In this document: positions 1-13,260 of the stretch, one piece after another
How the letters are laid out: every line of letters begins with the position of its first letter
How positions within the stretch are numbered: position 1 is the first letter of the stretch
Assembly: GCF_964355755.1 (NCBI RefSeq)
Contig: NC_092672.1
Span: forward strand, 12,648,001 to 12,712,000
From: Antedon mediterranea
Lineage: Eukaryota > Animalia > Echinodermata
Reading direction: 5' to 3'
DNA length: 64,000 nucleotides
Notes under the pieces: generated by a model
Told to the model about the DNA's origin: nothing
What the model saw: the letters and a program-made list of their open reading frames with translations, nothing else
Database searches by the model: none
Program-made: the position numbers and the translations under genes

Positions 1-539
1 AAAACAGATTCTGATAATTTTTTTAATCCTCGAAAGACAAGCTAAATCGCCGACTAATAGGCCTATATTAAACTTTCAAGTTAAAAGCACACTAGTAGAA
101 TTAGCATATATGCAGACTGCACGTTTAACACTTTAGTTACGTAATAATGTTTTGTGTCGGTAGGAGTACAAACAGTTTATTATGTCTGATGATAGTTCAG
201 TGTGACATCTAGTTTCTCTTTAAGGCAGATGTTTCATTTTTTTTCTTGCACTACTGATGTCTTTGAATATCCAAAATGCTGGCTAAGTTCATTGGAGTTC
301 ACAGAGCAACTATGCCGGAAAGCATGGTTTCAGTACCATCTTACAATCATTCATTTTGAGTGACTCCGATACAAATTTGAGTGGTGAATTTTTCTTTGTC
401 TGTAACTGTGACCTGTTATATATTATGTATATTAGAGTAGGCCTACTGCATGCGTTTTACGTTAAATGGAATTGTCTTTTTGTCGGCAGTTCACGTTTTA
501 CTCCCGCTGAGGATCGTTAGAGTGGATCAAGTAGATACT

Positions 540-780
540 GTCTGTTATTCATACAGTTGTAAATGATCTTATTTATTTCGCTATCCTTCGGAAAGTTTCT
601 GTCTACTAGTAATAGGAATACATATAATGTTGAACTGTGGATTGTACCAGAGGCCGATGCCATTTCGGTTGTGTGTGGGTGTGTAATTGGTATTACCGCT
701 GTTGCGTCCAATCTGTCATTGATGCCTAATTTTGTTTAGATACGTATCGTGATGTTGGTTAATAAGCTTCTGATACAGTC
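540..780 (-). mobile_element. Decayed Penelope-like element (PLE) ORF fragment, RT to GIY-YIG linker region
   Basis: Minus-strand pieces in shifted frames read RNGIGLWYNPQFN and FLLLVDRNFPKDSEINKII..YNCMNN. These resemble the PLE motif R.IIWFNPPYS...FL.LIDKHFP...LHKIFN...YSCM.N. Confidence 0.55.
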
Positions 781-2099
781 CAAAATAACGATAATAAGAG
801 GAATTCATTTATCTGGCATGTTAGGCCTACATTAGCATTATTGTACACTGCTCTCCCGTATCCACATTGGGTACCCATCTTGCTACGTATGTTTGACGTT
901 CATGCAGTACGTTATTTTATATCACACATAACAGAGAGTAACTAGCGCCCTCACAATTATATGGATGCCTTGAACAGTTATGGGTTGTGATTAGTTGTGT
1001 GTTAGATGGTGATGTTTTCTTCCTGGAGGTTTTGTATTTTAAAATAATTACATATGGAAAAAAACATATATACGAGGAAAAGGGTACTTCAAGAAGAAGG
1101 ACCTAAGTGTCCACATCTCTAAGACGGCTAGTATGTCCCAAAGATTGCAACGACAATTTGCTTACCGAACGACAAAACAGGTAATTCATATGATTATTAT
1201 TCTCCACAAACGCCATCATCGTACTCCATGCCACTTGAACATGTAAGGTCAATGACAAGTGGCTAAATAATAAGGTCGACAGGGAATTTGAGTGTCGGAA
1301 GGAAAAGTTTAGTTTTGAGCATACTCTGTGAAATGTATGTATCCCACATGGAGAAATATATATTTCAACGGATAGAAACCAACAAATTGAAGTTTTGCCA
1401 CTAGAAAAAGTAAAATCAGTCCTGTCCTTGACTGATGTTGCTGACGCAGTAGAGGACAAAGTATTAAAAACGAACTTTAAGCAGTTCTTTTACATGGCAA
1501 TTGATGAGAGTGTTACACATTGAAGTGCATAGTAGTATCTTGCAAAGATAATTCGTCCAGACAGAGGAACCATTTTGCAGGAGCAGACGATGAGGTCTAT
1601 TGTCATTCTCAAACTGCCAGAGTAAAGAAATCTACAAGAAAGAAAATAGTTGTGCATGGTCATTCAATCCCCCAAGTCTCTTACATTGGTGGAATATAGG
1701 AACGGATGTTAGATATTGGTCGCAATATTTTAAATGCAATGGTACTTGTGTAAGAATTCTACACGTGGCATGTTTTAACTATTTGTAGTCATATGTTAAA
1801 TAAAAACACGATAGTCTTTATTATAACACGCCTACAATACTCCCTCGTTTAATATAGTAGTCAACCTTTCAATTCATGAAATATTCTCCGCCATCCAACT
1901 TAATCTTCATTTTCGTAAAATCCACAATCAACATAATTGATTATTAAGGAAATAGAGAAGGCCTACTAGGCTCACTTTAAGTTGTGGCTGTGTAACAGTG
2001 ACTGTGTGAATTGCAGTAGTAGTACACAACGGATAACCATCTATTCGTCTAGAAAGGTTTATAGTCCTTATCCAAGAAGACTTGTTCTACCACCAGAAC

Positions 2100-2195
2100 C
2101 ATATGGGGCGAGTGAGACTCGAACCTTTGAACTCACTCATACAAATCATTATGTGTATATTTTTCGGGCCGCTGCTCTAGGCAGCTATGTCCCAT
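2100..2195 (-). mobile_element. Possible tRNA-derived SINE head, degenerate
   Basis: Minus strand has AGTGAG...GGTTCGAGTCTCACT (B-box in a T-arm-like hairpin) downstream of an A-box-like TAGCTGCCTAGAG. No full cloverleaf. Confidence 0.3.
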
Positions 2196-2939
2196 GAGGA
2201 CATATTCATTAATAAGCTGTTTTATAGCGGTAGCTTTATTATCTTAGGCCGACAGTTTTGCGAATTTGCAAACTCGACTACAATTTATAGGTCCCAGCTG
2301 CTGGACCCAAAAAACGTATCGGAAAAAGAGTCTATGAGGGCTCACGGTTGAATGATTTTGGATTCTTGCCCTTTTATTGGTTGACGCGAATCAACAGATT
2401 GTGGAAGAATTTTCACTTGTATACCACCTTGAAGTCACGTTGTCTCTAGAGGGTATTCAGTTGCATGCCTACAGTTCAGGTTGAGGTCACAGACAAACAT
2501 GCTATAGCCCATTAAAGTTCAAATTGACTATTTTTAAATGCCATTTTTGAATTAGTAGATTAATATTTGTTGGCAAAAAATACATTGTTGGAAGGTCTTC
2601 TTTCAAATGCTATGTATACAATTATCTAGTGAAAAAATAAGCATGTGATTCATAATTAAAGAACTGTGATTTGTATGTATCTTTGCGATTAAAGGACATC
2701 TTTTTAATAATTAATCATAAGTTAATCAAAAGAACAATAAATAATTTTGAAATGTCGAGCGCCGTTTTTTGTAATAAATATTTCTTGAACGGATGTTAAT
2801 TATTATGTAGTTCACACGATTCTCATTGCATTATTAAGAACACGCATAAACCTTTTGGATATCAACATTTTCATACAAATTATGTCTATCCACCTTATCA
2901 GATACAAGTTACCTTATACCATCAAGAGACATAATTATG

Positions 2940-2988
2940 CAATTAGTGATGTGTATTAAGAAAGTTTCTTAATACACATCACTAATTG
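2940..2988. repeat. Perfect palindrome with 24-bp arms and a 1-nt loop
   Basis: CAATTAGTGATGTGTATTAAGAAA-G-TTTCTTAATACACATCACTAATTG, extending imperfectly a few more bases on each side. Confidence 0.95.
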
Positions 2989-3619
2989 TATAATAAGGGA
3001 AGACGTCTTTTAATTTCACGGTGCACCTCCGATCAGTGGTATGTCCAGATTTATAGTACAATAAGCCGAAGTTCAAATTCACCTAGTGTTTTTTTCTACA
3101 TCATTTTTTTAAATTATTAGTTAATACTATTGTAATTTGTAAGTGAAAACATTTCACACAACCTTGAGCATGGCAATAATACTAAGAGGCTTCCAGAAGC
3201 TGGTTCATATAAAATGCGTGTTTGTATTGTATATTCAAATTTTACTCTGTTTTGTGTTTTTTAAATAAAACAAAATAATTAAGAAGTAAGGAGAGTGCCT
3301 GCAATAAATTTGAAAATGAATAGATTATTCGATGTCGTTGGTTTTAGATGTGATGCGCATTAGTGCAGTGCGCAATAATCAGCGGAATTTATTACCAGAT
3401 TTAGCATCCAAGATCTAACGACCGCCCTCTGTGTGGTTTTGTTTTTCAGTAAAGGTATTAAAGTTCGAAATAAATACTTTTATCGGGATAAATCCAGAAA
3501 CCATACACCGAATAGTGTAATACAAATCCATAATGTAATGCTCTGAAACATGCGTAGCAGATGGCTGACATTAAAATATCTACACAACTATGGTTCCAAG
3601 TGTGAGTAAAACAAATATA

Positions 3620-6600
3620 GGCTAGTCAATCTAGCATTTTGAGTGAAACAAATTGCAAACAGAGATTTTTTTTTTTTAAATGGTTACATATGATAAGGTG
3701 ATTATTTTTTGAGCATCACACCTCTGACACTCATCCCGAAGGTATGCAAATTAGCTTAAATATGCAAATTAGGATGAAATTACAGGGTTACCATATCTTA
3801 AAAACTACTAATCGTAGAGAGTTCATTTTTGCACAGTCTGGTTCAGAATATATATATGTATATTTGCTCTAATGAGACATTTTACATAAAAATGTCCGAA
3901 AGTACCAAATGTTGACCATTGACCCCATTTCTCAATATTTACATAAATATGTGATTAAAATGTCTGTAGAGACTTTATTTTGGACTCAATGACTTGGATA
4001 TTGTTTTTCAATACCCACCATAGAACTGTATTATAATTCCTAAAATCACAACTTCGTCACGCACCTCGAAAGTATGCAAATTAGTAGTACAAGTAATATT
4101 AAATATGCACATTAGGGAGTGAAATTACAGCGTTGCCATATCTCGAAAACCGCTAATGGTAGAGTGTTGATTTTTTCACTAAAATATTTAAAATGTATAT
4201 ATTTATATTTTCTGTAATGAGACATTTTACAAAAAAATGCCCGGAACTATGACATTTGACCCTCGACCCCATTTCTCAATATTACATATATATGAAAACT
4301 AAAATGTCTGTAGAGACTTTGTTTTGCACTCAAATGACTCGGATACAGGTTTCTAATAGCCAACATAGGAATGTTTAGTAAATCTCAAAATCACACCTGT
4401 ATCACTCACCTTCAAAGTATGCAAATTATTAGTACAAGTTACATGAAATATGCAAATTAGGGGGTGAAATTACAGGTTCCTATATGTATCGAAAACCGCT
4501 AAGGTAGAGAGTTGATTTTTTCAAAAACTTGTTCAGAATGTACATATTTATATTTGCTCTAATGAAACATTTTACGAAAAAATGACCGGAAATACAACAA
4601 TTGACCCTTGACCCTATTTATCAATGTTTGCATACATAATGCGACTAAAATGTCTGTAGATAATTTTTTTTGGACTCAAATGACTCGGATACAGTTTTCC
4701 TATTGTCAGCATAGGACCTCTTTGTAATTCCCAAAATCACATCTTTGTCACATACCTTGAAAGTATGCAAATTATTAGTACAAGTTACATGAAATATGCA
4801 AATTAGGGGTGAAATTACAGTCTTCCCATATCTCGAAAACCATTAATGCTAGAGAGTTGATTTGAATTCAGAGTTGATTCAGAATGTACATATTTATATT
4901 CGCTGTAATGAAACATTTTATGCAAAAATCGTCTTGATTGAGTTATGACATTTGACCCTTGACCCTATTTCTCAATATTTTCATATAATTCAACTAAAAT
5001 ATCTGTACAGACTGTTTTGGCCTCAAATGACTCAGATACAGGTTTTCTATAGCCAGCATAGAACTGTAGTAATTCTCAAAATCACACCTTTGTTACTTCC
5101 CTAGAAAATATGAAAATTAGTAGTACAAGAGGTGAAAGTTGCCATATCTCTATCGGTCATTAGCGTTTTTCGAGAGACATAAGGCTGTAATTTGCATATT
5201 TCATATAACTTGTACTAATAATTTGCATACTTTCGAGTTGCTTGACTTTTGGAATTACTAAACGATCCTATACTGGCTATATAAAACCTGTATCCAAGTC
5301 ATTTGAGGCCAAAACAAAGTCTGTACATAAATTTTAGTTGCATTATATGCAAATATTGATAAATAGGTTCGAGGGTCAAATGTCATACTTTTGATAATTT
5401 TTTTTTTCAATAATGACCCAGATACAGGTTTTCTATAGCCAGCATAGAACTCTGTTTTGTAATTCTCAAAATCACACCTCTGTTACTTCGCTTGAAAGTA
5501 TACAAATCAGTAGTACAAGAAATTTGCCATATCTCTCTCTCTCGGTCATTAGCGTTTTCGAGATACATAAGGCAATTCACTGTAATTTGCATATTTCATA
5601 TAGCCTGTACTACTAATTTGCATACTTTCGAGGTGCTTGACTTATACTGGCTATATAAAACCTGTATCCGAGTCATTTGAGGCCAAAACAAAGTCTGTAC
5701 ATACATTTTAGTTGCATTATATGCAAATATTGAGAAATAATAATAATAATATCCTGGATTTATATAGCGCCTAATGTTGTGAAACCTCTAAGCGCTGTAC
5801 ATAAACTAATACGAAAAAAGGGAACTCCAACCATGCCAAAACGAAGGCGTGATTTTGGGAATTACAAAGCGGTCCTATGCTGACTATAGGAAACATGTAT
5901 CCGAGTTATTTGAGTCCAAAATTGTCAGTCAATTGTTGTATTTCCGGTCATTTTTTCGTAAAATGTTTCATTAGAGTAAATATAAATATGTACATTCTGA
6001 ACAAGTTAATTGAAAAATCAACTCTCTAGCCTTAGTGGTTTTCGATATATAGGAACCTTTAATTTCACCCTCTAATTTGCATATTTCATGTAACTTGTAC
6101 TAATAATTTGCATACTTTGGAGGTGAGTGATACAGGTGTGATTTTGAGATCTACTAAACAGTCCTATGTTGGCTATTAGAAACCTGTATCGGAGTCATTT
6201 GAGGGCAAAACAAAGTCTCTACAGACATTTTAGTTTCATTTATATTATATGCAATATTGAGAAATGGGGTCGAGGGTCAAATGTCATACTTCCGGTCAAT
6301 TTTTTGTAAAATGTTTCATTGGAGCAAATAGAAATATGTACATTCTGAATACAGCTGTGAAAAAATCAGCTCTCTAGCATTAGTGGTTTTCGAGATATAG
6401 GACAACTGTAATTTTTTCCCCTTATTTGCATATTTTATTTAAATTGTACTACTAATTTGCATACTTTTGAGGTGTGTGACAAAGGTGTGATTTTGGGAAT
6501 TACAAAGTGATCCTATGCTGGCTATTAGGAACCTATGTCTGGGTCATTTGAGGGCAAAATAAAGTCTCTACAGACATTTTAGTCACATTGTATATGCAAA

Positions 6601-6907
6601 CATTGAGAAATGGGGTAGAAGGTCAAATGTTGTACTTCCGGTCATTTTTTCGTAAAAAAGTATATACATTTTGAATAGATCAGTGAAAAAATCAACTCTC
6701 TCGGACTAGTAGTTTTTGAGATATGGTAACCCTGTAATTTCACCCTAATTTGCATATTTAAGCTAATTTGCATATCATCGGGATGAGTGACAGAGGTGTG
6801 ATGCTCAAATGTTGATCTCCTCATCATATATGACCATTTAAAAAAGAAAAATCTCTGTTTGCAATTTGTTTCACTTTGGGCTGTTTTTTTAGCTAGATTG
6901 ACTAGCC
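3620..6907. mobile_element. Non-autonomous foldback DNA transposon with TA flanks and long inverted arms built of ~345-bp tandem units
   Basis: Ends are TA|GGCTAGTCAATCTAGC ... GCTAGATTGACTAGCC|TA. The inverted match continues inward (GTGAAACAAATTGCAAACAGAGATTTT / AAAATCTCTGTTTGCAATTTGTTTCAC). The unit anchor TATGCAAATTA[GT]TAGTACAAG recurs at ~4073, 4418, 4763 and 5108 on +, and in reverse between 5200 and 6800. Confidence 0.88.
5736..5845 (-). mobile_element. L2/CR1-type LINE or SINE 3' end with (ATT)n tail, inserted in the foldback element
   Basis: Minus strand reads TGTACAGCGCTTAGAGG...TAGGCGCTATATAAATCC...ATTATTATT, a typical L2-type 3' stem-loop plus microsatellite tail. It interrupts the tandem units. 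Confidence 0.6.
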
Positions 6908-8050
6908 TAATATGGAACAACATCGTTCGTATTGAATATTTGTTGTTGATATTTAATAATCATTCATTCATTCGTTCAGGCTTATCGCATGACTTTATTT
7001 ACTTTTAGGCCTCTGGCCCCTAGTAATTAACAAAATAATAATTACATTGAAAAATAAAGCAATTTATGGTCACAAGATAAATGAATTAGTTAATTTCGTT
7101 CTCTAAGCAAAACATATATCCTAACTTATAAGCATGATATATTTTGATAGATTATCAATAATTATTGAATCCTGTGATGACATTAAACGGCAGAATTTAA
7201 AAGTATTTGGATTTTAAAAAAATAAAGAAGGTATAATTTGTTTTTTCTGATTTCCTTGTAACGAGAGCAACCCGTAACAAAATCAGGAGCTTCATCACTT
7301 TTAATTCCCTTTTATGGAATCAAAATATAACATACTATATTAAAATAGAATATACTAAACAAAATATTACATATTAAACACAAAAACCGTAACAGATAAT
7401 CAAGCGTGTTCTGGTTTGTGAAATGTTGATAGATTGCTTAAAACATTACTTGTAGCTAAAACTGCATTCTAAATAGATTACGATTACATTATATTATTTT
7501 GTTGATTCGTGTATTACGGATTTTCATCTTTAAAGTTAAAGGAACAACTGGAATAAACTTAAGACACACAAAGAGGTCAGATTGTGTAACATTGAAAACA
7601 ATTAAGATTACATTACAAAGTAACCGAATTTGCCTTCTGAGAAGCATTGTTGCGGTTCGATAATGGATTCTCGATGACGGCGATGATGATGATAATATCA
7701 AACTGCTTCCATGGCAGCGACTCATGATGATCACTCATAATGACAATTTCCACTGGCGTTAATCCAAATTGATGTATACTTTTAACGAACAACGCTGCTT
7801 ATCTCTAGATAATGCGCTCTTAAAACGTCATCCTTCATTCAATTGAAAGCGCCTCGCTTTGTTTATGTTGAATAAAGATGCGCATCTCTCTTACAGTTTT
7901 CTTTATCTTTTATCACAATCACATTGTGCTCGCAACACTCTAATAATATCTGTCACGTTGGTTTTGAAGGCGTGTTAGCCATTAGTTTATTGTTAATTGT
8001 AAAAGAATGTGAAGATGAATGGACAATAATATAGTTGCAAATGCTGCAGC

Positions 8051-8242
8051 TGATGATGATGATGATGATGATGATGATATAACGATGATTATCATGATGA
8101 TGATAAAAAAGATGATGATAATGATGATGATAATATGATGATGATTTTCATGATGTGATAATAATGATGATATGATGATAATGGTGATGATGATGATGAT
8201 TACAGCAATTGTAAACTCGGTGAGTATGCTTATGATGATGAT
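8051..8242 (+). repeat. (GAT)n/(AAT)n degenerate microsatellite
   Basis: Direct runs of GATGATGAT with AAT variants. Confidence 0.9.
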
Positions 8243-8419
8243 TTTAATGCATAACTTTTTTTACAATGATATTATAGGAAAACTATGATAGTAACAGTTA
8301 TTATTATGTCTACTATGTTAATATTGGAATATTAAGTCTATAGTGGCTAATAGAAGTAATTTAGGCCTACATGAATCTACATGATGTTCGTTGTTGTCGA
8401 TATGCGCCTACGCGACTGG

Positions 8420-8920
8420 TACGTCGACTGGCAAATTTGAGCACTTGTTCAGCTGCATTTTGACGTTCACTCTCTGACATGAGTACTAGTGATCTGAACG
8501 TATGACGTCATAACACTGAAAATGTTTATCAAAATCATGGCCGAGAATGTGTTGCGATGATTTTCTGAGAATATAGTAAAGTAAATTTCAGTCAAATTAT
8601 ATCTGCAAACTGTGAATTATTGATTTTTATTGGTTATTTGAAATAAAGCTTTTAATAATACAGGTTATGGCCTGGGTCTTATCACTAGGATGGCAGCCTT
8701 CGTTCAGAAAATTAAGGATTTGGGATAGGCCAAAGCTACACACTTAGCCTGACCTAAGCCCGTGTAATTCCGTCGACCCAGCCCGATGGAATAGCATCAC
8801 GGATGAGCGCTACTATTAGATATTACAAGGTATTATCCCAATGTCATTATGTCATACGTTCACTGGAACGTCAACGTAAATGTCCACTTAACCTAAATGT
8901 TCACATACTGTCGACGAGTA
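8420..8920. mobile_element. Old MITE-like element with degenerate inverted ends
   Basis: GTCGAC...TTGACGTTCAC...TGAACGTATGAC at the left mirrors GTCATACGTTCA...GAACGTCAA...GTCGAC at the right. Confidence 0.45.
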
Positions 8921-10067
8921 ACAGTTGACTACGACCTATGTTAACTCAATCTAAAAGTCCCTATTATCCTCATCAACTCCAACGTCAATTATCATTTTTT
9001 ACCAATAACGTATACCACCGAAATAACTCGCTTATCATAATTATAATCAGTGCCACTTAACTTATAAGCGTGGTTTAAGGTGAAGCTACTACAATTAAAC
9101 GAATACTTTTATGGGAATTTGTATCGGTAGTAAGAATAATAACTATCAACATGGGGCGTCGAGAAACAGCACACTTTATCCAATAAGTAAGAAACCATGG
9201 CCACTTTAAACAGCAGTTTAAATAAAAACATAAAAACACGAATAGCAAATTTCTGACAGTGGTATCAAGGGAACGATAATTATTATTATCAATATAACAC
9301 AGTTGTATTATTTATGTTGAAATAGTATTTGATAATATCAACGTTGATTATTGTTTTATTTCATGTTGTTATTGCTTTGTATTCAAACTAATAATCGTCC
9401 TTTATACATTTTCCCCGACCGTTATTCTTTATGTAGGCCTAAAATGTCACTATATCACGAATTCGTTTGTGTGTGAAACATGCGTGTTTCGATCGTGACG
9501 TTTAAGGCTAACCAATAGCAAATATGTGGTATGAAATCAAAACAAATAAACTAGGATTACGATTATTTAGATACACGTGGTTGCATTAGTTTCATTATTA
9601 CGAAAATACGTTACGTTGTTATTATTATAATACGTTATTTTATCATAGAAGGGGATGATAGGCCTACCTTAATGCAAATTTGAAAAAAAAAAAAGCATTA
9701 CTTCAAGATATAAACGTTATACAGGTTTTAGATTGCAACAAAATAGAAACAGAATGTTAATCATAACTTGCATTATAATATAAATGCGGAAAAAACTAAT
9801 AATATGGTTTATTAATGTATGCATTCAATTATCTAAAAAGTGTTGCCGTCGTACACTTCTTCGAGTATTTGTCCTTGAAGAAGCAGAGTGTATCATTCAA
9901 CTTTGTTGCGCGTGCGTTCATCAATAATGTAATTCATTCTTTCATTTTTATTCAAATGACAGATATAAAACTGAATTGCTTATACAAGTAAAATCGTATT
10001 TAAAAATCAAAGTGAATTGTAAGAAGACATAACTAACCCAAAATGCAATAAAAATAAAAATAAAATT

Positions 10068-10261
10068 CAAAAGTAGTGAAACTAATCATTAGGCCTACTG
10101 CTTAACAAAAGTAGTGAAACTCATCATTAGGCCTACTGCTTAACAAAAGTAGTGAAACTAATCATTAGGCCTACTGCTTAACAAAAGTAGTGAAACTAAT
10201 CATTAGGCCTACTGCTTAACAAAAGTAGTGAAACTAATCATTAGGCCTACTGCTTAACAAA
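10068..10261 (+). repeat. 38-bp tandem repeat, 5 copies
   Basis: CAAAAGTAGTGAAACTAATCATTAGGCCTACTGCTTAA x5, with one substitution and no spacers. Confidence 0.97.
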
Positions 10262-10536
10262 CAAAACATTAGTTTAGTATAGTAGTAGTTGAAATTACAT
10301 ACATGAATGAATCTCTATAGCACCCTCTATCCCATTTAGTATTATAAAAATAATTCCGATTATGATGCTATACTTGGGGAAAATAACATTTTGTTTAGGC
10401 CTATGTGCGATGCCGACAAGATGGCGAAATATCCTTTGAAGTAGATTACTAAGCACTTTGCTTTACTATTAAACATTGGTACACAGAGTTGTAGTTGTTG
10501 TATTGCATAATCATTAAAAAGCCATAGGTCTTTCTT

Positions 10537-10569
10537 TTAGATTAGATTAGATTAGATTTAGATTAGATT
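10537..10569 (+). repeat. (TTAGA)n pentanucleotide microsatellite
   Basis: TTAGATTAGATTAGATTAGATTTAGATTAGATT. Confidence 0.85.
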
Positions 10570-11647
10570 GAGCATGAATCAAACATAAATTTAGGTAAAA
10601 TGTTAAAGCAAAAAACAAAACACATTTGATACATGATTGTGTAAAACCAATCAGTCCAAACTATCTGGTTACAAAGGAATATTCATTATGTCTACAGTTT
10701 AGTTAATTGATATAAACAGCCGCAATTGTATTAACATAAAGATCATGTATCTTCATTAGAAACAAATGCAGTAAACACACTGCACGCTTAGCACCGGTAA
10801 TGGATATCAGTTTAAAGCGCTAACAACCGATAGCTAAAATGTAAAGTTAACGTTATAATACATGGTAATAAAACTTTCGTTGTTGATATCTTATTTTGAG
10901 TACTCCCTCGTGAGTTAAGCCATAATAAAGTGCTGTGAATCTACTCACGTGCCTGCTATTGAGATTTTGTCTAGATTTGGCATCTGAGTGTAGGAGCTTC
11001 GTTTGCTCTTGTAAAAGTGAAATTTATTCAACAATAACATAAACACTTATCAGCAGATTAGACGAGCAATTGACTGAAAAATCAACTAATTAACATAATT
11101 TGCACACGGTTAGGAATATTGTTTTTTTATTATTATTTATTGAATATCTTTAAGGTTTAGTTTCGACCAAATGAGCTTGCGCCAACTCGGTCCTATAATA
11201 CAACTCGATGGCCCCCAAGTCACCTCGTTCTCAATATAACTTGACCCAAATATAGGCCTACATAATAGATTTTCTATATCAATTCAATTATTTATTATTA
11301 TTATTTATATACTTAATCAAAATATAGTTGAAACATAACATAAAATATAAACAAAACAAAAATTACTTATGTAACTTAAATAAAGAACAATTAGGTACAA
11401 TATCATGTTTCCTATATTTTATTATTTGTTTATTTTTTATTTCTAAAAATTGAGCTGCACCATTAGCGGCATACAGCGTAGTATTAAAACGACCACACAA
11501 AACAAAAACAAAACTCATGAAAACGCCCAATAAAAACATTAAATGAAGAAAATGTAACGTAGTTTTACAGATTTGGTGATCCTCATTTCAGATAATTAAT
11601 ACAAAGCAGAGAATCCATCAAGAACAATAAAGGAATAATTCTCTAAA

Positions 11648-11784
11648 GCTCTGTTTACACTAACAAACTAGTTTGACAAAAGCTGTTGTGTGATGTGCAC
11701 AGATATGATAGAATGACATCATCGTGTTCATTTAATATGGTCACTTTTTGTTTGTCACATACAGTTTGATAGTGTAGACAGAGC
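11648..11784. mobile_element. 137-bp hairpin MITE
   Basis: TIRs GCTCTGTTTACACTAACAAACT ... AGTTTGATAGTGTAGACAGAGC, with inverted similarity continuing inside. Confidence 0.75.
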
Positions 11785-11795
11785 ACCTCTAAATC

Positions 11796-11910
11796 GTGGC
11801 TGAAAAATTTTTTTAAATAATAATACGGCGTTTTAACGCCCTAATTAGGGCGTTATAACGCCCTAATACAGCGTTATAACGCCCTAATTTCTTTGGCGGA
11901 AATCAGCCAC
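11796..11910. mobile_element. Short element with TIRs and three internal palindromic units
   Basis: GTGGCTGA...TCAGCCAC ends. Inside are three GCGTT[AT]TAACGCCCTAAT units, including the perfect 18-bp palindrome AGGGCGTTATAACGCCCT. Confidence 0.55.
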
Positions 11911-12749
11911 CGTAAAATCGACAGTTTGTAAGAATGGCATTACCATGCATTCGGACTACTTAATTGTTGAGCGATTGTAGCCTAATGTGGAAATTAACAC
12001 GACCGGTTTTTACAAAAAAAATAGGAGTGTGTAAGTGTGAGTTTAGGTTGCCTTATTTATCAGATGATAATTAATTAATTAAGGCCTTTGTTATCTTTTT
12101 TTTATAAATTAAATTTTTCCTTGATGAGAGAAGAGTCGTGAATATACTAAAAACACGTTTTAGGCCTATATTTATATCCTCCCCCGCGAAGGCATTTGAA
12201 AATCACGGTGTTGCGCACGTGTCTTATTGTGTTCGATATGTGTTTTCTATTACCAATATTTATTTTACGAAGTCCAACGACCTCAGCTAACAGGTTGATA
12301 ATCGTCAAGTGCATACAAATTACAGTATAGCGGTTTCCCAGTAATTCAATTAATTAAGAACCTTTTGGAATTATTTGATTAAAAAACGTCATTAGTCTCG
12401 AGCCTGATAGATATTATGTGGATAGACTAGACTGATATTGTCACTGAGCTTATCCGTCATCTCGATTTTGAAAACAACAGCATTCTTCGGTTGTGCTAAA
12501 AAATAAAATCATCAATGTATGCAAAATCTCACCGCTTTAGTTTACCGACATTTGATATTGAATATCACACAAGAAATGTAACCATAGTGCTATTATTAAT
12601 ATTTCATCCTTCACATTATTATCATCGGTATTATCTAAGTTCATAGCAAGCTATATTGGATGGGTTTGTCTTCACCTGCTCTTGACGAAATACAGGCCAC
12701 GCTACTTTAATATTGTGTTTATTGGTATTTTGTTTATGTTACCTGTGAT

Positions 12750-13260
12750 TGCTTATTCGCATTTGATTTTTTCCAGCGATTATAAAATAGTAAATAATTA
12801 ATTGCGTACTTTGTATTTTCTATGAAACTTAATCACAATAATGCTATTTATTGGACCATCGTCAGTTATTTTTAATTGACAATGGTAAACGATGGTACAA
12901 AAGTATTATAAAAAAATAATTATTTTAGCTGTTACCAGCGAGATATACCAATAAAAGTAAACTTGCTAGTAAATATAAAATGCAACATAATTTCTGTATG
13001 AAAACTACTTCAAATAATTATTTCATCATCCGTTTTAATGAATTTTTAATGACGATGGGAAAAATTGTATTTCTATTTTACCAGTGACAGCTTACTTGCA
13101 TTTGATTTTGTTTCCAACGATGATAAAAAAACTAAACTTTAGTAAATAATTGATTACAACATAATTGACGTACTTTGTGTTTTCTATGAAACCACTCCAA
13201 ATGATAATATGTATTGGATAATCATCCATCATCTAATTAATTTTTATTGGCGATGCTTAA
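12750..13260 (+). repeat. Degenerate direct duplication, ~340-bp period
   Basis: GCTTA..GCATTTGATTTT..TCCA.CGAT.ATAAAA...GTACTTTGT.TTTTCTATGAAAC occurs at ~12751 and ~13090. Confidence 0.6.

Noticed and set aside
10068-10261. 38-bp repeats as a CRISPR array
   Set aside because: The units are contiguous with no spacers, there are no cas genes, and the context is eukaryotic.
10537-10569. Interstitial telomere repeat
   Set aside because: The unit is TTAGA rather than TTAGG or TTAGGG, so it is more likely a simple microsatellite or retroposon tail.
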